Assembly (NCBI GenBank): GCA_963822445.1
Contig: CAWGHO010000002.1
Location: 1,856,001 to 1,920,000 of the forward strand
DNA length: 64,000 nt
Reading direction: 5' to 3'
DNA from: an uncultured Acidobacteriota bacterium
Lineage (GTDB): Bacteria > Acidobacteriota > Thermoanaerobaculia > Gp7-AA8
How positions within the stretch are numbered: the stretch's first letter is position 1; every line of letters begins with the position of its first letter. Made by a program: the position numbers and the translations under genes. Below, in pieces: positions 51,242 to 60,537 of this stretch. A model generated the notes under the pieces. That model was given only the letters and a program-made list of their open reading frames with translations, was not told the origin of the DNA and made no database searches.

Positions 51242-51614
51242 GTACAGCGTGCGGGTCGAAGCGCGTTTCGAAGCCGCTCACTTTCTTCGCGAGTACCGTG
51301 GGATCACCGAGCCGCTGCACGGCCATTCCTACAAAGTCGAAGCTGACCTTTCGGCGCGTGGCGGTGGGGTCGATTCCGACGCGATCGCCGTCGACTTCGT
51401 CAGTGCGAAACGAAAGCTGGACGTGCTGGCGAAGAAGCTCGACTACGGCTGCATCAACGACATCCCGCCCTTCAACGAAGTGAACCCGAGCGCGGAGAAC
51501 ATCGCTGAATGGTTCGCGCACGAGCTGCAGACCGCGATCCAGGATGAGAACGCGATCGTTACCGCGGTGACGCTCTGGGAAGGGCCGGTCAACTCGGTCA
51601 CCTACACGCCATGA
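51234..51614 (+). CDS. PTPS/QueD family protein with ExxHGH motif (PTPS-III type)
   Basis: FEAAH, TEPLHGH, NPSAENIA, WEGP; no Cys before HGH. Confidence 0.85.
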   Translation: MGKYSVRVEARFEAAHFLREYRGITEPLHGHSYKVEADLSARGGGVDSDAIAVDFVSAKRKLDVLAKKLDYGCINDIPPFNEVNPSAENIAEWFAHELQTAIQDENAIVTAVTLWEGPVNSVTYTP

Positions 51615-52135
51615 ACAAGCTCCCGAATCACACCGCGCTCAAGGAATGGTCGAACGTCATCGAAGCCCTCGGCCGCGGCGAGCAGGTCATCCTCATCCGC
51701 AAGGGCGGCATCGCCGATCCCCACTTCGGAATCGAAGCCGATCGCTTCTATCTGTATCCGACCTACTTTCATCAGGGCGAGACCGATCCGCGCTCGCGCG
51801 TGTCGATCACCCACTGGTGCGAGGTGACGCGGACGTGGAGCGTTCGGGACATGGAGTCGATCGAGCGGCTCGAGCCGTTCGTCGACATTCCGCGGGAGAC
51901 GCTGGAGGCGCGGTACCGGTTCCGGCCCGACCAGGCGCTTTACGTGATTGCGGTGAAGACCTTCGCGTTGCCGGGGCCGGTCGAGATCGCGTATCGCGAG
52001 GATTACGGCGGCTGCAGAAGCTGGGTCAGCATCGAGGAAGAGATCGATATCGAGGGATCGAAGCCCGTGCTCACCGACGCCGCACTGCGCGCGAAGATCG
52101 AGAGCATCGACGCATTGCTCACAGTCGCGGTGTAG
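51611..52135 (+). CDS. DUF1802 family protein
   Basis: ALKEW, RKGGI, FYLYPTYFHQ, YGGCRSWV. Confidence 0.88.
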   Translation: MNKLPNHTALKEWSNVIEALGRGEQVILIRKGGIADPHFGIEADRFYLYPTYFHQGETDPRSRVSITHWCEVTRTWSVRDMESIERLEPFVDIPRETLEARYRFRPDQALYVIAVKTFALPGPVEIAYREDYGGCRSWVSIEEEIDIEGSKPVLTDAALRAKIESIDALLTVAV

Positions 52136-52137
52136 CC

Positions 52138-52878
52138 ATGGTGCCGATCCTGTTCATGCTGATCGGCGGCGCGGGGCTGGCCGTCTTCGTGATGGTCGCG
52201 TGGGCGATCAATCAACGCGCCGAGCAGCATGAAGCGCGAACCGAAGCGCTGCCGGCGACGGAGCGGGAACGGATCGCTGCGTCGCTGCTTTTCGCGGTCG
52301 TCAAGGCTGCGGGTGGGTCTGACGAAGATGCGCTTCGTGTCGTGCGCCGCGGCGCAGGCCTTGTCGCGCCGGTCACGCGAGGGATCGATGTCTCGAACTG
52401 GGCGGAGAGCTACGCGAATCTGTCCACGCCGCAGGAGCGTTCGTCGCTGCTCGAGACCGCGGTGCAGCTCATCGCGAGCCATGACAAGCCCATTCCGCTC
52501 CGGCAATACGCGACTCTCCTCGATCTAAGTTTCGGCCTCGGATTTCAGACCGATGCATTAGCCAGGCTTCGCGAGATCTACGGGTTCGAGTACGTCGATC
52601 ACGCCAAGGACGCGCGTCCGCGGAGCGCGGATCGTGGTGGCGGGGCGGCTCCGTTGTACGTTCGCAAGGAGCGGGACGCGACGGCGTTGCTGCACATCCT
52701 CGGATTGCCCGCCGAAGCGTCGCGGCGGGACATCATCGCCGCGTATCGCCGCCTCGTTGCCCAGCATCATCCCGACAGGTTCCACGGGAGCTCCGTAGAA
52801 GAGCAATCCGGCGCGGCACAGCGCTTCATCGAGATCACCCGGGCCTACGAAGAACTGCTGGTGATTTATCGGGATTGA
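52138..52878 (+). CDS. DjlA-like membrane J-domain co-chaperone
   Basis: N-terminal TM, helical middle, C-terminal AYRRL..HHPD..F.EI..AYE. Confidence 0.85.
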   Translation: MVPILFMLIGGAGLAVFVMVAWAINQRAEQHEARTEALPATERERIAASLLFAVVKAAGGSDEDALRVVRRGAGLVAPVTRGIDVSNWAESYANLSTPQERSSLLETAVQLIASHDKPIPLRQYATLLDLSFGLGFQTDALARLREIYGFEYVDHAKDARPRSADRGGGAAPLYVRKERDATALLHILGLPAEASRRDIIAAYRRLVAQHHPDRFHGSSVEEQSGAAQRFIEITRAYEELLVIYRD

Positions 52879-52904
52879 TCTTTCGGCGGTTGATCTGCTA
52901 TTCT
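52875..52904 (+). promoter_or_regulatory. Sigma70-like promoter (TTGATC-N18-TATTCT, extended -10)
   Basis: TGnTATTCT at 52896-52904. Confidence 0.5.
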
Positions 52905-52915
52905 TCGCCGTCCTG

Positions 52916-52941
52916 GGAATAGGGGCAGTTCACTGTTTGTT
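52916..52941 (+). promoter_or_regulatory. SigR/SigH-type ECF promoter GGAAT-N18-GTT
   Basis: Exact consensus spacing, upstream of the ECF sigma gene. Confidence 0.6.
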
Positions 52942-53176
52942 CACAGCCGACTCGCCAGCAGTTCCCTCCGTTAGACCGTAGTTTTAATCACAGCAAAGAG
53001 TCGCGTCGTGGACGGACGTGTCCGGAGCCGGTGACGGCCCCGGGGCGTTTGGTCCTTTCGTCAACATCCGAGCCACGCGAGTCGATGCTTCGTAACCCTC
53101 TGAGCTGAAACGAGTTCAGGAAACGTGTCCGGTACCGAGTAACTATTTTATTTGCTGGCCCATCTAATGTTGCATG

Positions 53177-53192
53177 CGGCACGAAGGTTGAA
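53177..53192 (+). promoter_or_regulatory. Sigma54-like promoter upstream of ECF sigma
   Basis: CGGCACGAAGGTTGAA, 29 nt before the ATG. Confidence 0.5.
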
Positions 53193-53221
53193 GTTTCGTA
53201 GCCGTCAGCAGGGGAAAGATC

Positions 53222-53998
53222 ATGAAGAGCGCGGAAGTCCAGATGCACGAACAGGGATGGGATTTCGAGAAGGCAGCCATGCCTTACGTCGATTCCCTCT
53301 ACAACACGGCGTACCGAATGACCCGGAACTCCGAGGACGCCGAGGATCTCGTGCAGGAGACCTACCTCAAGGCGTACAAGTACTACGACAAGTTCGAAGA
53401 AGGTACGAACTTCAAGGCGTGGCTCTTCAAGATCATGAAGAACACGTTCATCAACAACTACCGGAAGAAAAAGCTCACCCCGCACAAGATCGACTTCTCG
53501 GAGATCGAAGAGTCCTACGAGCGGGTGATCCAGAAGAACGCGCCGGATCTCATTCGCGATCCGGAAAGCGAGATCTTCCAGGACATGATGGACGCCGACG
53601 TGAAGCGGGCTCTGGACTCGCTTCCGCACGACTACAAGATGGTCGTGCTGCTGGCCGACATCGAAGGCTTTTCGTACAAGGAAATCGCCGAGATTCTCGA
53701 CTGCCCGGTGGGCACGGTCATGTCCCGGCTGTATCGCGGCCGGAAGATGCTCGAGCGCACCCTGCTCGACTACGCGCGCAAGTACGGCTACATCCGCGGC
53801 GGCGCAGAGCCCGCCAAGATGCGGTCGCGTAAGGACGAGACCAAGGGCCGCAAGAAGAAGGACGAGAAGGGCGAAGAGACCGACGTCGTCGAGCCGGAGG
53901 AGAACGAAGAAGAAGTGCTGTTCGCCGGCGGAGACGAGGAAGAGCTCGACGACTTCGAGCTGGAAGAGGAAGAAGAAGAGCGTTTCGAGATCGAGTAA
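53222..53998 (+). CDS. ECF sigma factor (SigR/SigH-like) with basic+acidic C-terminal tail
   Basis: DAEDLVQETYLKAY, GTNFKAWLFKIMKNTFINNYRK, SYKEIAEIL.CPVGTVMSRLYRGR. Confidence 0.93.
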   Translation: MKSAEVQMHEQGWDFEKAAMPYVDSLYNTAYRMTRNSEDAEDLVQETYLKAYKYYDKFEEGTNFKAWLFKIMKNTFINNYRKKKLTPHKIDFSEIEESYERVIQKNAPDLIRDPESEIFQDMMDADVKRALDSLPHDYKMVVLLADIEGFSYKEIAEILDCPVGTVMSRLYRGRKMLERTLLDYARKYGYIRGGAEPAKMRSRKDETKGRKKKDEKGEETDVVEPEENEEEVLFAGGDEEELDDFELEEEEEERFEIE

Positions 53999-54002
53999 CT
54001 GC

Positions 54003-54097
<95 letters not shown>

Positions 54098-54104
54098 TTA
54101 TTGG

Positions 54105-54120
54105 TGGCCGCTCGATTGCA
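54105..54120 (+). promoter_or_regulatory. Sigma54-like promoter upstream of anti-sigma
   Basis: TGGCCGCTCGATTGCA (GG-N10-GC). Confidence 0.5.
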
Positions 54121-54164
54121 CTAGCGGCGTCCCGTGATTTCGGCAGAAGAGAGCCCGGGTAAAC

Positions 54165-54191
54165 GGAATTCACAGTTTCGCAACGGAGTTG
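54165..54191 (+). promoter_or_regulatory. SigR/SigH-type promoter GGAAT-N18-GTTG
   Basis: Exact consensus 44 nt upstream of anti-sigma ATG. Confidence 0.65.
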
Positions 54192-54235
54192 CACCGGGAG
54201 CCGTCACCTCTCGCTCCACGGAAGGAAACGCCGCA

Positions 54236-54469
54236 ATGGTCTGTGACGATGTTCGACGCGTTGTTTACTTTTTCCTCGATGGTTCCCTTGGTCAACAGAA
54301 GCTGGTGGAGTTCGAGACGCACATCGAGATCTGTCGGGACTGCGACGACAGAACCAAGCTGAACAAAAAGTTGCGCGCATTCATCCGCCGGCGTCTCACC
54401 CCGGTCAGCGCGCCTGAGCATCTGAAGGTCCGCCTCACCCAGACCCTCCGCACCGTTCAAGTCGAGTAG
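54236..54469 (+). CDS. zf-HC2 (ZAS) anti-sigma factor, RsrA/RshA-like
   Basis: C..V...FLDG, HIEICRDC (HxxxCxxC), APEHL. Confidence 0.88.
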   Translation: MVCDDVRRVVYFFLDGSLGQQKLVEFETHIEICRDCDDRTKLNKKLRAFIRRRLTPVSAPEHLKVRLTQTLRTVQVE

Positions 54470-54477
54470 CCGCGGAC

Positions 54478-55083
54478 GTGTCGAAGTCGTCGAAACCGTC
54501 CGGCTCGAAAGCTCCGTCGGAAGAGCAGCTTTCGCAGCAGCTGATCCTCGTCTCGACCAATCCCAACAAAGGCATCGAAGCGGAGCGCATCCTCGGCGCT
54601 CCCGTCCTCCGCGTGTCGATCTCGCTTCCCGAGATTCAGGCCGCGACGGTCGAAGAAATCACCCGCTACAAACTCGACGTCGCCAAAACCAAGGGTTATC
54701 AGCGGCTCATCGTCGAGGACGTTTCCCTGGGCTTCGACGAGCTCGGCAATTTTCCGGGGCCGTATGTGCGCTGGCTGCTCGAGGCCGCCGGAGGCAAGGG
54801 CCTCGCCGCGATCGCGTATGCGCTGAACAACCGCGCCGCGCGCGCGCAATGCTGTGTCGGCTACTGGAACGGGCGTGAAGTGCACATGTTCATGGGCGAG
54901 ACGGCGGGCCAGATCCTCGTGGAGCCCCGTGGCGAGCGCCATTTCGGCTGGGACGCCTGGTTTCAGCCTGCCGGCACGACGAAGACGTTCGCCGAGCTGA
55001 CCGCCGACGAGAAAGACCAGCTCTCCCATCGCGGCAGGGCTTATCGCAAGCTGGCTGAGCATCTCGCTGCCGAGCGCAAGTAG
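54478..55083 (+). CDS. Non-canonical purine NTP pyrophosphatase (Ham1/ITPase family)
   Basis: STNPNK, LPEIQ, VED, FPGPYVRW, FGWD, SHRGRA. Confidence 0.9.
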   Translation: MSKSSKPSGSKAPSEEQLSQQLILVSTNPNKGIEAERILGAPVLRVSISLPEIQAATVEEITRYKLDVAKTKGYQRLIVEDVSLGFDELGNFPGPYVRWLLEAAGGKGLAAIAYALNNRAARAQCCVGYWNGREVHMFMGETAGQILVEPRGERHFGWDAWFQPAGTTKTFAELTADEKDQLSHRGRAYRKLAEHLAAERK

Positions 55084-55229
55084 TGCTCTGCGACCGTCCT
55101 GTCGAATAGACGCTTTGCGTCCCCGCCGAGACATCCGCTGTTTCGATTTCGACACCAACTGCGTCCAACAATCCGTGTAAGTCATGCGTATTCAATGGTG
55201 TTGCAGGCAGGCGCGACGCTCTGACCGAC

Positions 55230-55245
55230 TGGCAGGCCCCTTGTA
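55230..55245 (+). promoter_or_regulatory. Sigma54-like promoter
   Basis: TGGCAGGCCCCTTGTA, 28 nt before the small ORF. Confidence 0.5.
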
Positions 55246-55273
55246 ATTAAGGGGATCAACGAAAGGAAAGGCC

Positions 55274-55456
55274 ATGTGGGTATACGACGGAGAAGAATGG
55301 ACGCAGGACAACGGCGGAGTCGAGTCGACCTCGACCCCCAAGCCTGAAGCGGCGCGGCCGCAGTGGCCCGCCGAAATGGTTCCTGAGCTTCAGGTGATCG
55401 AGATCGTGCAACCGGTTCCGCGGAACCGTTACGTTCCTCAGGTCCCGCTGCCGTAG
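55274..55456 (+). CDS. Small hypothetical protein (60 aa)
   Basis: AAGGAAAGG RBS, candidate promoter upstream and terminator downstream. Confidence 0.65.
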   Translation: MWVYDGEEWTQDNGGVESTSTPKPEAARPQWPAEMVPELQVIEIVQPVPRNRYVPQVPLP

Positions 55457-55485
55457 ACCCGGCCACGACCCTCGACAAACGAGCC

Positions 55486-55514
55486 GGCCGCACGCGATGA
55501 GCGTGCGGCCTTTT
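55486..55514 (+). terminator. Rho-independent terminator
   Basis: GGCCGCACGC-GATGA-GCGTGCGGCC-TTTT. Confidence 0.8.
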
Positions 55515-55519
55515 GCGTT

Positions 55520-56302
55520 TCAGCAGGGTGTGTGACGGCCAAGGAAGGCCTTGCAGATCGGCTCGATCGAGTCGGACGCGACGGTGAAGATCCGGTCGGC
55601 GTGATAGTTCCCCACGATGTCGAGCACATGCAGTTCCTTCGGCTCGTTCGCCGACTCGTAAAGCGCCACCGAATGCTTGTGGCCGATCAGCCAGTCGTTC
55701 TTCACGTGGATGAAGCAGACCGGCACGCGGATCCTGTCGATGTCGTCGAGCGCGCGCAGCTTCGCCGCGCGGCGGATGGTCCAGGTGAACCGCGGTCGCT
55801 TCAGGGCCTGCTTGAAGGCGATGTGCCGGTGAATGGTGAACGGATTCAGCCGCGGCGCGATCATCTTGAAATCGGCGACCGGGGAGATCAGCAGCAGCGA
55901 GGAGACCGGCAGGTCGTGCCGCGCCACCGTCGAGATGGCGATCGCGCCGCCGTACGAGAACCCGACCAGCGTCAGCGTGGAAATCGTCGCGGCCATCGCC
56001 AGGAGGTCGTTGGCCACGGCGGCCACGTCATGATGCTCGTGCAGGTTGAATCCGTACGTGCCGCCGCTGTCGCCATGACCTCGCACGTCGACCACCACGG
56101 CGCGGTATCCCATCGTGTTGAGCAGGCGGGCCAGGTGGACCATCGACGCGTGCCGGCGGTCGCGCCAGAACCCGGGAACGATCAGGACGGCCGAGGGAGA
56201 GGGGGCGTCGTAGACGTCGTAGTGAATGATCGTTCCGTCGAACGAGGCGACGGTTCTGTGCTCCGGTGGACGATCTGCTTCGATTGCACTCAAGCTTGAC
56301 AT
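55520..56302 (-). CDS. Alpha/beta hydrolase
   Basis: DVRGHGDS, GFSYGG nucleophile elbow, C-terminal Asp and His; start uncertain. Confidence 0.88.
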   Translation of the reverse strand: MSSLSAIEADRPPEHRTVASFDGTIIHYDVYDAPSPSAVLIVPGFWRDRRHASMVHLARLLNTMGYRAVVVDVRGHGDSGGTYGFNLHEHHDVAAVANDLLAMAATISTLTLVGFSYGGAIAISTVARHDLPVSSLLLISPVADFKMIAPRLNPFTIHRHIAFKQALKRPRFTWTIRRAAKLRALDDIDRIRVPVCFIHVKNDWLIGHKHSVALYESANEPKELHVLDIVGNYHADRIFTVASDSIEPICKAFLGRHTPC

Positions 56303-56324
56303 TGAGAGTTGTCGACCTATGATA
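56296..56324. promoter_or_regulatory. Sigma70 promoter TTGACA-N16-TATGAT with overlapping reverse -10 TATCAT
   Basis: Between the divergent hydrolase and lipoprotein genes. Confidence 0.6.
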
Positions 56325-56412
56325 TGCGCCGCGTGAGGGCGCGGCCTGCGTCTTCCGTGCCCCCGCACCGTTTCAACACCCCTGGACAACCAAATCGAAG
56401 GAGATGTACGTA

Positions 56413-56685
56413 ATGAAGAAGTCCCTTGTTTTCACGCTGATCGCCGTGCTCGCGATCGCCATGCTCGCCGTGGGCTGCAAGAAGGAAGAGGCCACGACCG
56501 ACACCGCCGCGACCGACACGTCCATGACGACCGGCGCGACTGATTCGTCCTACGCGACCGATATCACCGCGACGGACACCACCGGAACCATGACCACCAC
56601 CGACACCATGGCCACGGACACGACCGGCACCGCCACCACCACCGATACCACGGCGACCGGAACGGTAAGCACCACAACCACTTAG
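56413..56685 (+). CDS. Thr/Asp-rich small lipoprotein 1
   Basis: Lipobox AVGC-KKEE; TDT repeats; ends TVSTTTT. Confidence 0.8.
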   Translation: MKKSLVFTLIAVLAIAMLAVGCKKEEATTDTAATDTSMTTGATDSSYATDITATDTTGTMTTTDTMATDTTGTATTTDTTATGTVSTTTT

Positions 56686-56700
56686 TTCTGTAGCGGTTAC

Positions 56701-56716
56701 TGGCATTTCTGTTGCT
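56701..56716 (+). promoter_or_regulatory. Sigma54 promoter
   Basis: TGGCATTTCTGTTGCT, near-perfect consensus. Confidence 0.65.
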
Positions 56717-56884
56717 GGTTTCCTTTTTCCGGCGTGTCTCTCACGCCTCCCAAATCCGAATCTGGTTTCCCGTTGGCGGGTACGACTGTCAAAGCAAAAC
56801 GCAGAGGAGGTGAGCGCAGGCACCCAGAGCGACACTCTCAAAGACATTCTCGAAACGAACAACAACGCAAGGAAGGAAATACAA

Positions 56885-57163
56885 ATGGCTAAGAAGATTC
56901 TGGTTCTCCTGGCGATCCTGACGCTCGTCGTCTTCGTCGCATGCAAGAAGGAAGAGACTGAGGTCAACACCACCGACGTCACCACCACCGACACCGGCGC
57001 GATGAGCACCGACACCGGCATGACCACCACCGACACCGGTCTGACCACGACCGACACGATGGCCACGGACACGACCGGCACGACCTCGACGGACACGTCG
57101 GGCACGGTCAGCACGACCGAGACGTCGACCACGAGCGGCACGGTCTCCACGACCACCACCTAG
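56885..57163 (+). CDS. Thr/Asp-rich small lipoprotein 2 (paralog)
   Basis: Lipobox FVAC-KKEE; TTTDTG repeats; ends TVSTTTT; AAGGAAGG RBS. Confidence 0.8.
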   Translation: MAKKILVLLAILTLVVFVACKKEETEVNTTDVTTTDTGAMSTDTGMTTTDTGLTTTDTMATDTTGTTSTDTSGTVSTTETSTTSGTVSTTTT

Positions 57164-57221
57164 GCCGGCACGGCCGGCAGCGCTTGTTGCCCCAGGCTTG
57201 GGCGCGAGCGTCGCCTGGTTT

Positions 57222-57866
57222 TCAGTTCTCGGGACGGGCTTCGGCTCGTCCCGATTTTTTTTGCTCGAGATCCGCCTGCAGCCGCTCGTACACGCGCAGC
57301 GTTTCCGCGAATCCCTGCTCGACGCTGCCGCTGTTGTCGATCACGTAATCGGCCTGCCGCAGACGCTCCTCGCGAGGCAGCTGATGCGCGATCCGCCGGG
57401 TCACTTCCTCGCGGGTCATGCCCCGTCCGATGGCCCGCGCGATCTGCACGTCCGGCGCGACGTCGACGACGACGATCCGCTCGTAGCGTTGCCGTCCGCC
57501 GGCTTCGAGAAGGAGCGTCGCCTCGACGACGTAGACCGTGTCGTCGCCCCGATCCTCGGCCGCGGCCATCATCCGCGCTTCTTCGCCGAGGACGATCGGA
57601 TGAATGAGTGCGTTGAGCCTCCGCGCCTCCTCGGCATTCGCGAACGCGACGTCCGACAGCTTCTTCCGATCGATCCGGCCGTCCGGCAGGAGCATGGCCA
57701 TTCCGTAGGTCCGCACGATGGCCTGATGACCGAGCTGGCCCGGCTCGTACAAGCGGGCCACGATGGCGTCGGCGTCCACGGTCACGCAGCCGAGGCCGGC
57801 GAAGTTGCGCATGATCGTCGACTTGCCGCTGGCGATGCCGCCGGTCAGGCCGACTCTGAGGATCAC
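57222..57866 (-). CDS. coaE: Dephospho-CoA kinase
   Basis: [30 protein letters not shown]; GTG overlaps folD stop. Confidence 0.93.
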   Translation of the reverse strand: MILRVGLTGGIASGKSTIMRNFAGLGCVTVDADAIVARLYEPGQLGHQAIVRTYGMAMLLPDGRIDRKKLSDVAFANAEEARRLNALIHPIVLGEEARMMAAAEDRGDDTVYVVEATLLLEAGGRQRYERIVVVDVAPDVQIARAIGRGMTREEVTRRIAHQLPREERLRQADYVIDNSGSVEQGFAETLRVYERLQADLEQKKSGRAEARPEN

Positions 57867-58765
57867 CCGCGCCTCCGCTCCGCGGCCAGGACGGTGTTCT
57901 TCATGAGCATGGCGATGGTCATCGGCCCGACGCCGCCGGGCACCGGCGTAATCCAGGACGCGACCTCGCGAACGCGCGCGAAATCGACGTCGCCGACGAG
58001 GACCGATCCGTTTTTTTCGAGAAGGCGGCTCTTTTCCGCATCGTGCTCGAGCTTCGCCGCGAATTCCGGTCCGACGCGATTCATGCCGACGTCGATCACG
58101 ATCGCGCCGGGCTTGACCATCTCCGCGGTGACCATGATCGGGCGGCCGATCGCGGCCACGAGGATGTCTGCCTGACGGGTGATCGCGCCGAGGTCGGGCG
58201 TTCGCGAGTGGCAGATCGTGACAGTCGCATTTCGCTGGAGGAGAAGAGCGGCCATCGGCTTGCCGACGATATCGCTGCGGCCGATGACGACGGCGTGCTT
58301 TCCGGCGATGTCCTCCCCAATCGAATCGAGCAGGCGGATGACGCCCGCGGGAGTGCATGGCGCAAATGACGGGCGGCCGAGATGGAGCAGACCGACGGTG
58401 ACCGGATGAAAGCCGTCGACGTCCTTGGCCGGGCTGATCGCGTCGATGACCTGTCGCGGATCGATCTGCTTCGGCAAAGGGAGCTGGACGAGGATGCCAT
58501 CGACATCGGGATCGCGATTCAGGCGGTCCACTTCTTCGAGCAGCTCGGCTTCCGAAAGGGAGTCGGGGAACACGAGCTCCGTGCCCTGCAGGCCGAGCTC
58601 GCGCGCTTTCTTCGCTTTGTTCCGAACGTAGATCTCGGAGGCGGGATCGTTCCCCACGCGCACCGCGACCAGACCCGGCTTGAACCCGAGCCGTGCGATG
58701 GCCGCGGCCACCTCGGCCTCGGTCTCCGCGGCGATGGCTCTTCCGTCGATCAGGCGCGCGGTCAC
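57863..58765 (-). CDS. folD: Methylenetetrahydrofolate dehydrogenase/cyclohydrolase
   Basis: [44 protein letters not shown]. Confidence 0.95.
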   Translation of the reverse strand: MTARLIDGRAIAAETEAEVAAAIARLGFKPGLVAVRVGNDPASEIYVRNKAKKARELGLQGTELVFPDSLSEAELLEEVDRLNRDPDVDGILVQLPLPKQIDPRQVIDAISPAKDVDGFHPVTVGLLHLGRPSFAPCTPAGVIRLLDSIGEDIAGKHAVVIGRSDIVGKPMAALLLQRNATVTICHSRTPDLGAITRQADILVAAIGRPIMVTAEMVKPGAIVIDVGMNRVGPEFAAKLEHDAEKSRLLEKNGSVLVGDVDFARVREVASWITPVPGGVGPMTIAMLMKNTVLAAERRRG

Positions 58766-58835
58766 GGCGCGGGCTTGTACCACAGCCGTCGCGAGCGGTG
58801 ATACAGTCCCGAATCCCAACATAAGGAGAGAAGTC

Positions 58836-59351
58836 ATGAAGCGTTTTGCGCTCGTCGTTCTCCTCATGGCGCTGGTCGCGCCTGCCGCGTACGCCCAGAA
58901 CTTCTTCGCCAACCTGAGTGGAGCGAATGAGGTGCCGCCGGCCGATCCTGATGGCACCGGCACTGCCTTCATCAGCATCGTCGGCACGACCGTGAATTAC
59001 TCGATCACGGCGAACCTGATCGACGCACCCACCGCCCAGCACATCCACAGCGGTGTCGCGGGCGTGAACGGCCCCATCGTGGTGAATTTGCCTGGTGTCT
59101 GGGTAGGCGCGGGCCAGGGGCCGTGGACGTTGAACGGATCGACGACCACCGACGCGGCCACCGCGGCGGCGATCATCGCCAATCCGGCGGCGTTCTACGT
59201 GAACGTGCACAACGCCCCGTTCCCGGGCGGCGCGATTCGGGGACAGCTGGCGGCCACTACCGCGAACATCCCGACGGCTTCGACGCTGGCGCTCTTCGCA
59301 CTCGGTGCAATGCTGGCCGTCGCGGGGCTGTTCGTGATCCGGCGAGCCTGA
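58836..59351 (+). CDS. CHRD domain protein with IPTL-CTERM-like anchor
   Basis: [27 protein letters not shown]; C-terminal IPTAS-TM-RR. Confidence 0.88.
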   Translation: MKRFALVVLLMALVAPAAYAQNFFANLSGANEVPPADPDGTGTAFISIVGTTVNYSITANLIDAPTAQHIHSGVAGVNGPIVVNLPGVWVGAGQGPWTLNGSTTTDAATAAAIIANPAAFYVNVHNAPFPGGAIRGQLAATTANIPTASTLALFALGAMLAVAGLFVIRRA

Positions 59352-59396
59352 CCGGCGGCGGCCTCGCGGCCGCTCAAAGTCTTGGGAATGAACCGC

Positions 59397-59426
59397 TTGA
59401 CACCCTTTGTTGGGCGGTGTTACCGT
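59397..59426 (+). promoter_or_regulatory. Sigma70 promoter of rplM operon (TTGACA-N18-TACCGT)
   Basis: Perfect -35 and extended -10 TGn. Confidence 0.6.
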
Positions 59427-59566
59427 CGCAACCCCTCTCGAAAGGGAGGGCTTCGTTCGTCTTTGATTTACCAGCGGTGTCTGCGGTCCACACCTGCACC
59501 GCCGGTCATCTGGCAGTACCTGCCTCTGGCAGACATTTGTGTCATTGCTTCGCTTTCAGGAGAGTC

Positions 59567-60001
59567 ATGCGTACGTATTTTCCCAAACAGGGTGACATCG
59601 AGCCGCGCTGGTTCGTGATCGACGCCGAAGGCCAGGTCCTCGGCCGTCTGGCCACGAACATCGCCAACATCATTTCCGGCAAGGCCAAGCCGACCTACAC
59701 GCCGTTTCTCGACACCGGTGATCACGTGATCGTGCTCAACGCCGAGAAGATCGTGCTGAGCGGCAAGAAGGAGACGGACAAGATCTACCGTCACCACTCG
59801 CTGTATCCGGGTGGCCTGAAGGAAAAGGCGGCTCGCTTCGTGCGCGCCGAGAAGCCCGAGCACATGATCGAACAGGCCGTCTGGGGCATGCTCCCCAAGA
59901 ACAAGATCGGCCGCAAGATGCTGAAGAAGTTGAAGGTCTATCGCGGTACGAACCATCCGCACGCGGCGCAGAAGCCCGAGCCGATGAACATCACCGGGTA
60001 A
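59567..60001 (+). CDS. rplM: 50S ribosomal protein L13
   Basis: WFVIDA, LGRLA, KPTYTP, DTGD, GMLPKN, HPHAAQKP. Confidence 0.97.
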   Translation: MRTYFPKQGDIEPRWFVIDAEGQVLGRLATNIANIISGKAKPTYTPFLDTGDHVIVLNAEKIVLSGKKETDKIYRHHSLYPGGLKEKAARFVRAEKPEHMIEQAVWGMLPKNKIGRKMLKKLKVYRGTNHPHAAQKPEPMNITG

Positions 60002-60016
60002 TTTCAGGAGGATTCC

Positions 60017-60409
60017 TTGGCTTTGGTCGAATATTACGGAACAGGAAGACGCAAGACGTCCACGGCGCGCGTGCACATTCGTCCCGGCGCGGGCGCGATC
60101 ACGGTCAACCGCCGCGGGCTCGACGAGTACTTCGGGAACGAAGTGCTGAAGATGATCATCAAGCAGCCCCTCTCGCTGACCGAGACTGTCGACAAGTTCG
60201 ACATCGTCATCACGGTCGACGGCGGCGGCCCGAGCGGCCAGGCCGGCGCGATCCGCCACGGCATCTCCCGCGCGCTGCAGGTCTACAACAGCGAGCTTCG
60301 CAAACGCCTCAAGAAGGCTGGACTCCTCACGCGCGACCCGCGCATGAAGGAGCGCAAGAAGTACGGACAGAAGGGCGCCCGGGCCCGCTTCCAGTTCTCC
60401 AAGCGCTAG
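60017..60409 (+). CDS. rpsI: 30S ribosomal protein S9
   Basis: [27 protein letters not shown]; TTG start with AGGAGG. Confidence 0.97.
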   Translation: MALVEYYGTGRRKTSTARVHIRPGAGAITVNRRGLDEYFGNEVLKMIIKQPLSLTETVDKFDIVITVDGGGPSGQAGAIRHGISRALQVYNSELRKRLKKAGLLTRDPRMKERKKYGQKGARARFQFSKR

Positions 60410-60446
60410 TCGGTTCCATGTTCCGGTTTACCTAGATTTCGTTTCG

Positions 60447-60482
60447 AAAGACAGGAGCCGCAAGCTCCTGTCTTTTGTTTTT
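60447..60482 (+). terminator. Rho-independent terminator after rpsI
   Basis: AAAGACAGGAGC-CGCAA-GCTCCTGTCTTT-TGTTTTT. Confidence 0.85.
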
Positions 60483-60537
60483 GTCCGGTGTTTTTCAATT
60501 CTCATTTTTCAACTTTCAATTCAAAAGGAGGGTTCAC

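Noticed and set aside
56760-56880. Glycine or c-di-GMP riboswitch before lipoprotein 2
   Set aside because: Only a partial ACTCTCA resemblance; core aptamer motifs not found
59385-59412. SigR-type promoter before rplM (GGAAT-N19-GTTG)
   Set aside because: Spacing is one base longer than the other two and it overlaps a good sigma70 promoter; not supportable alone
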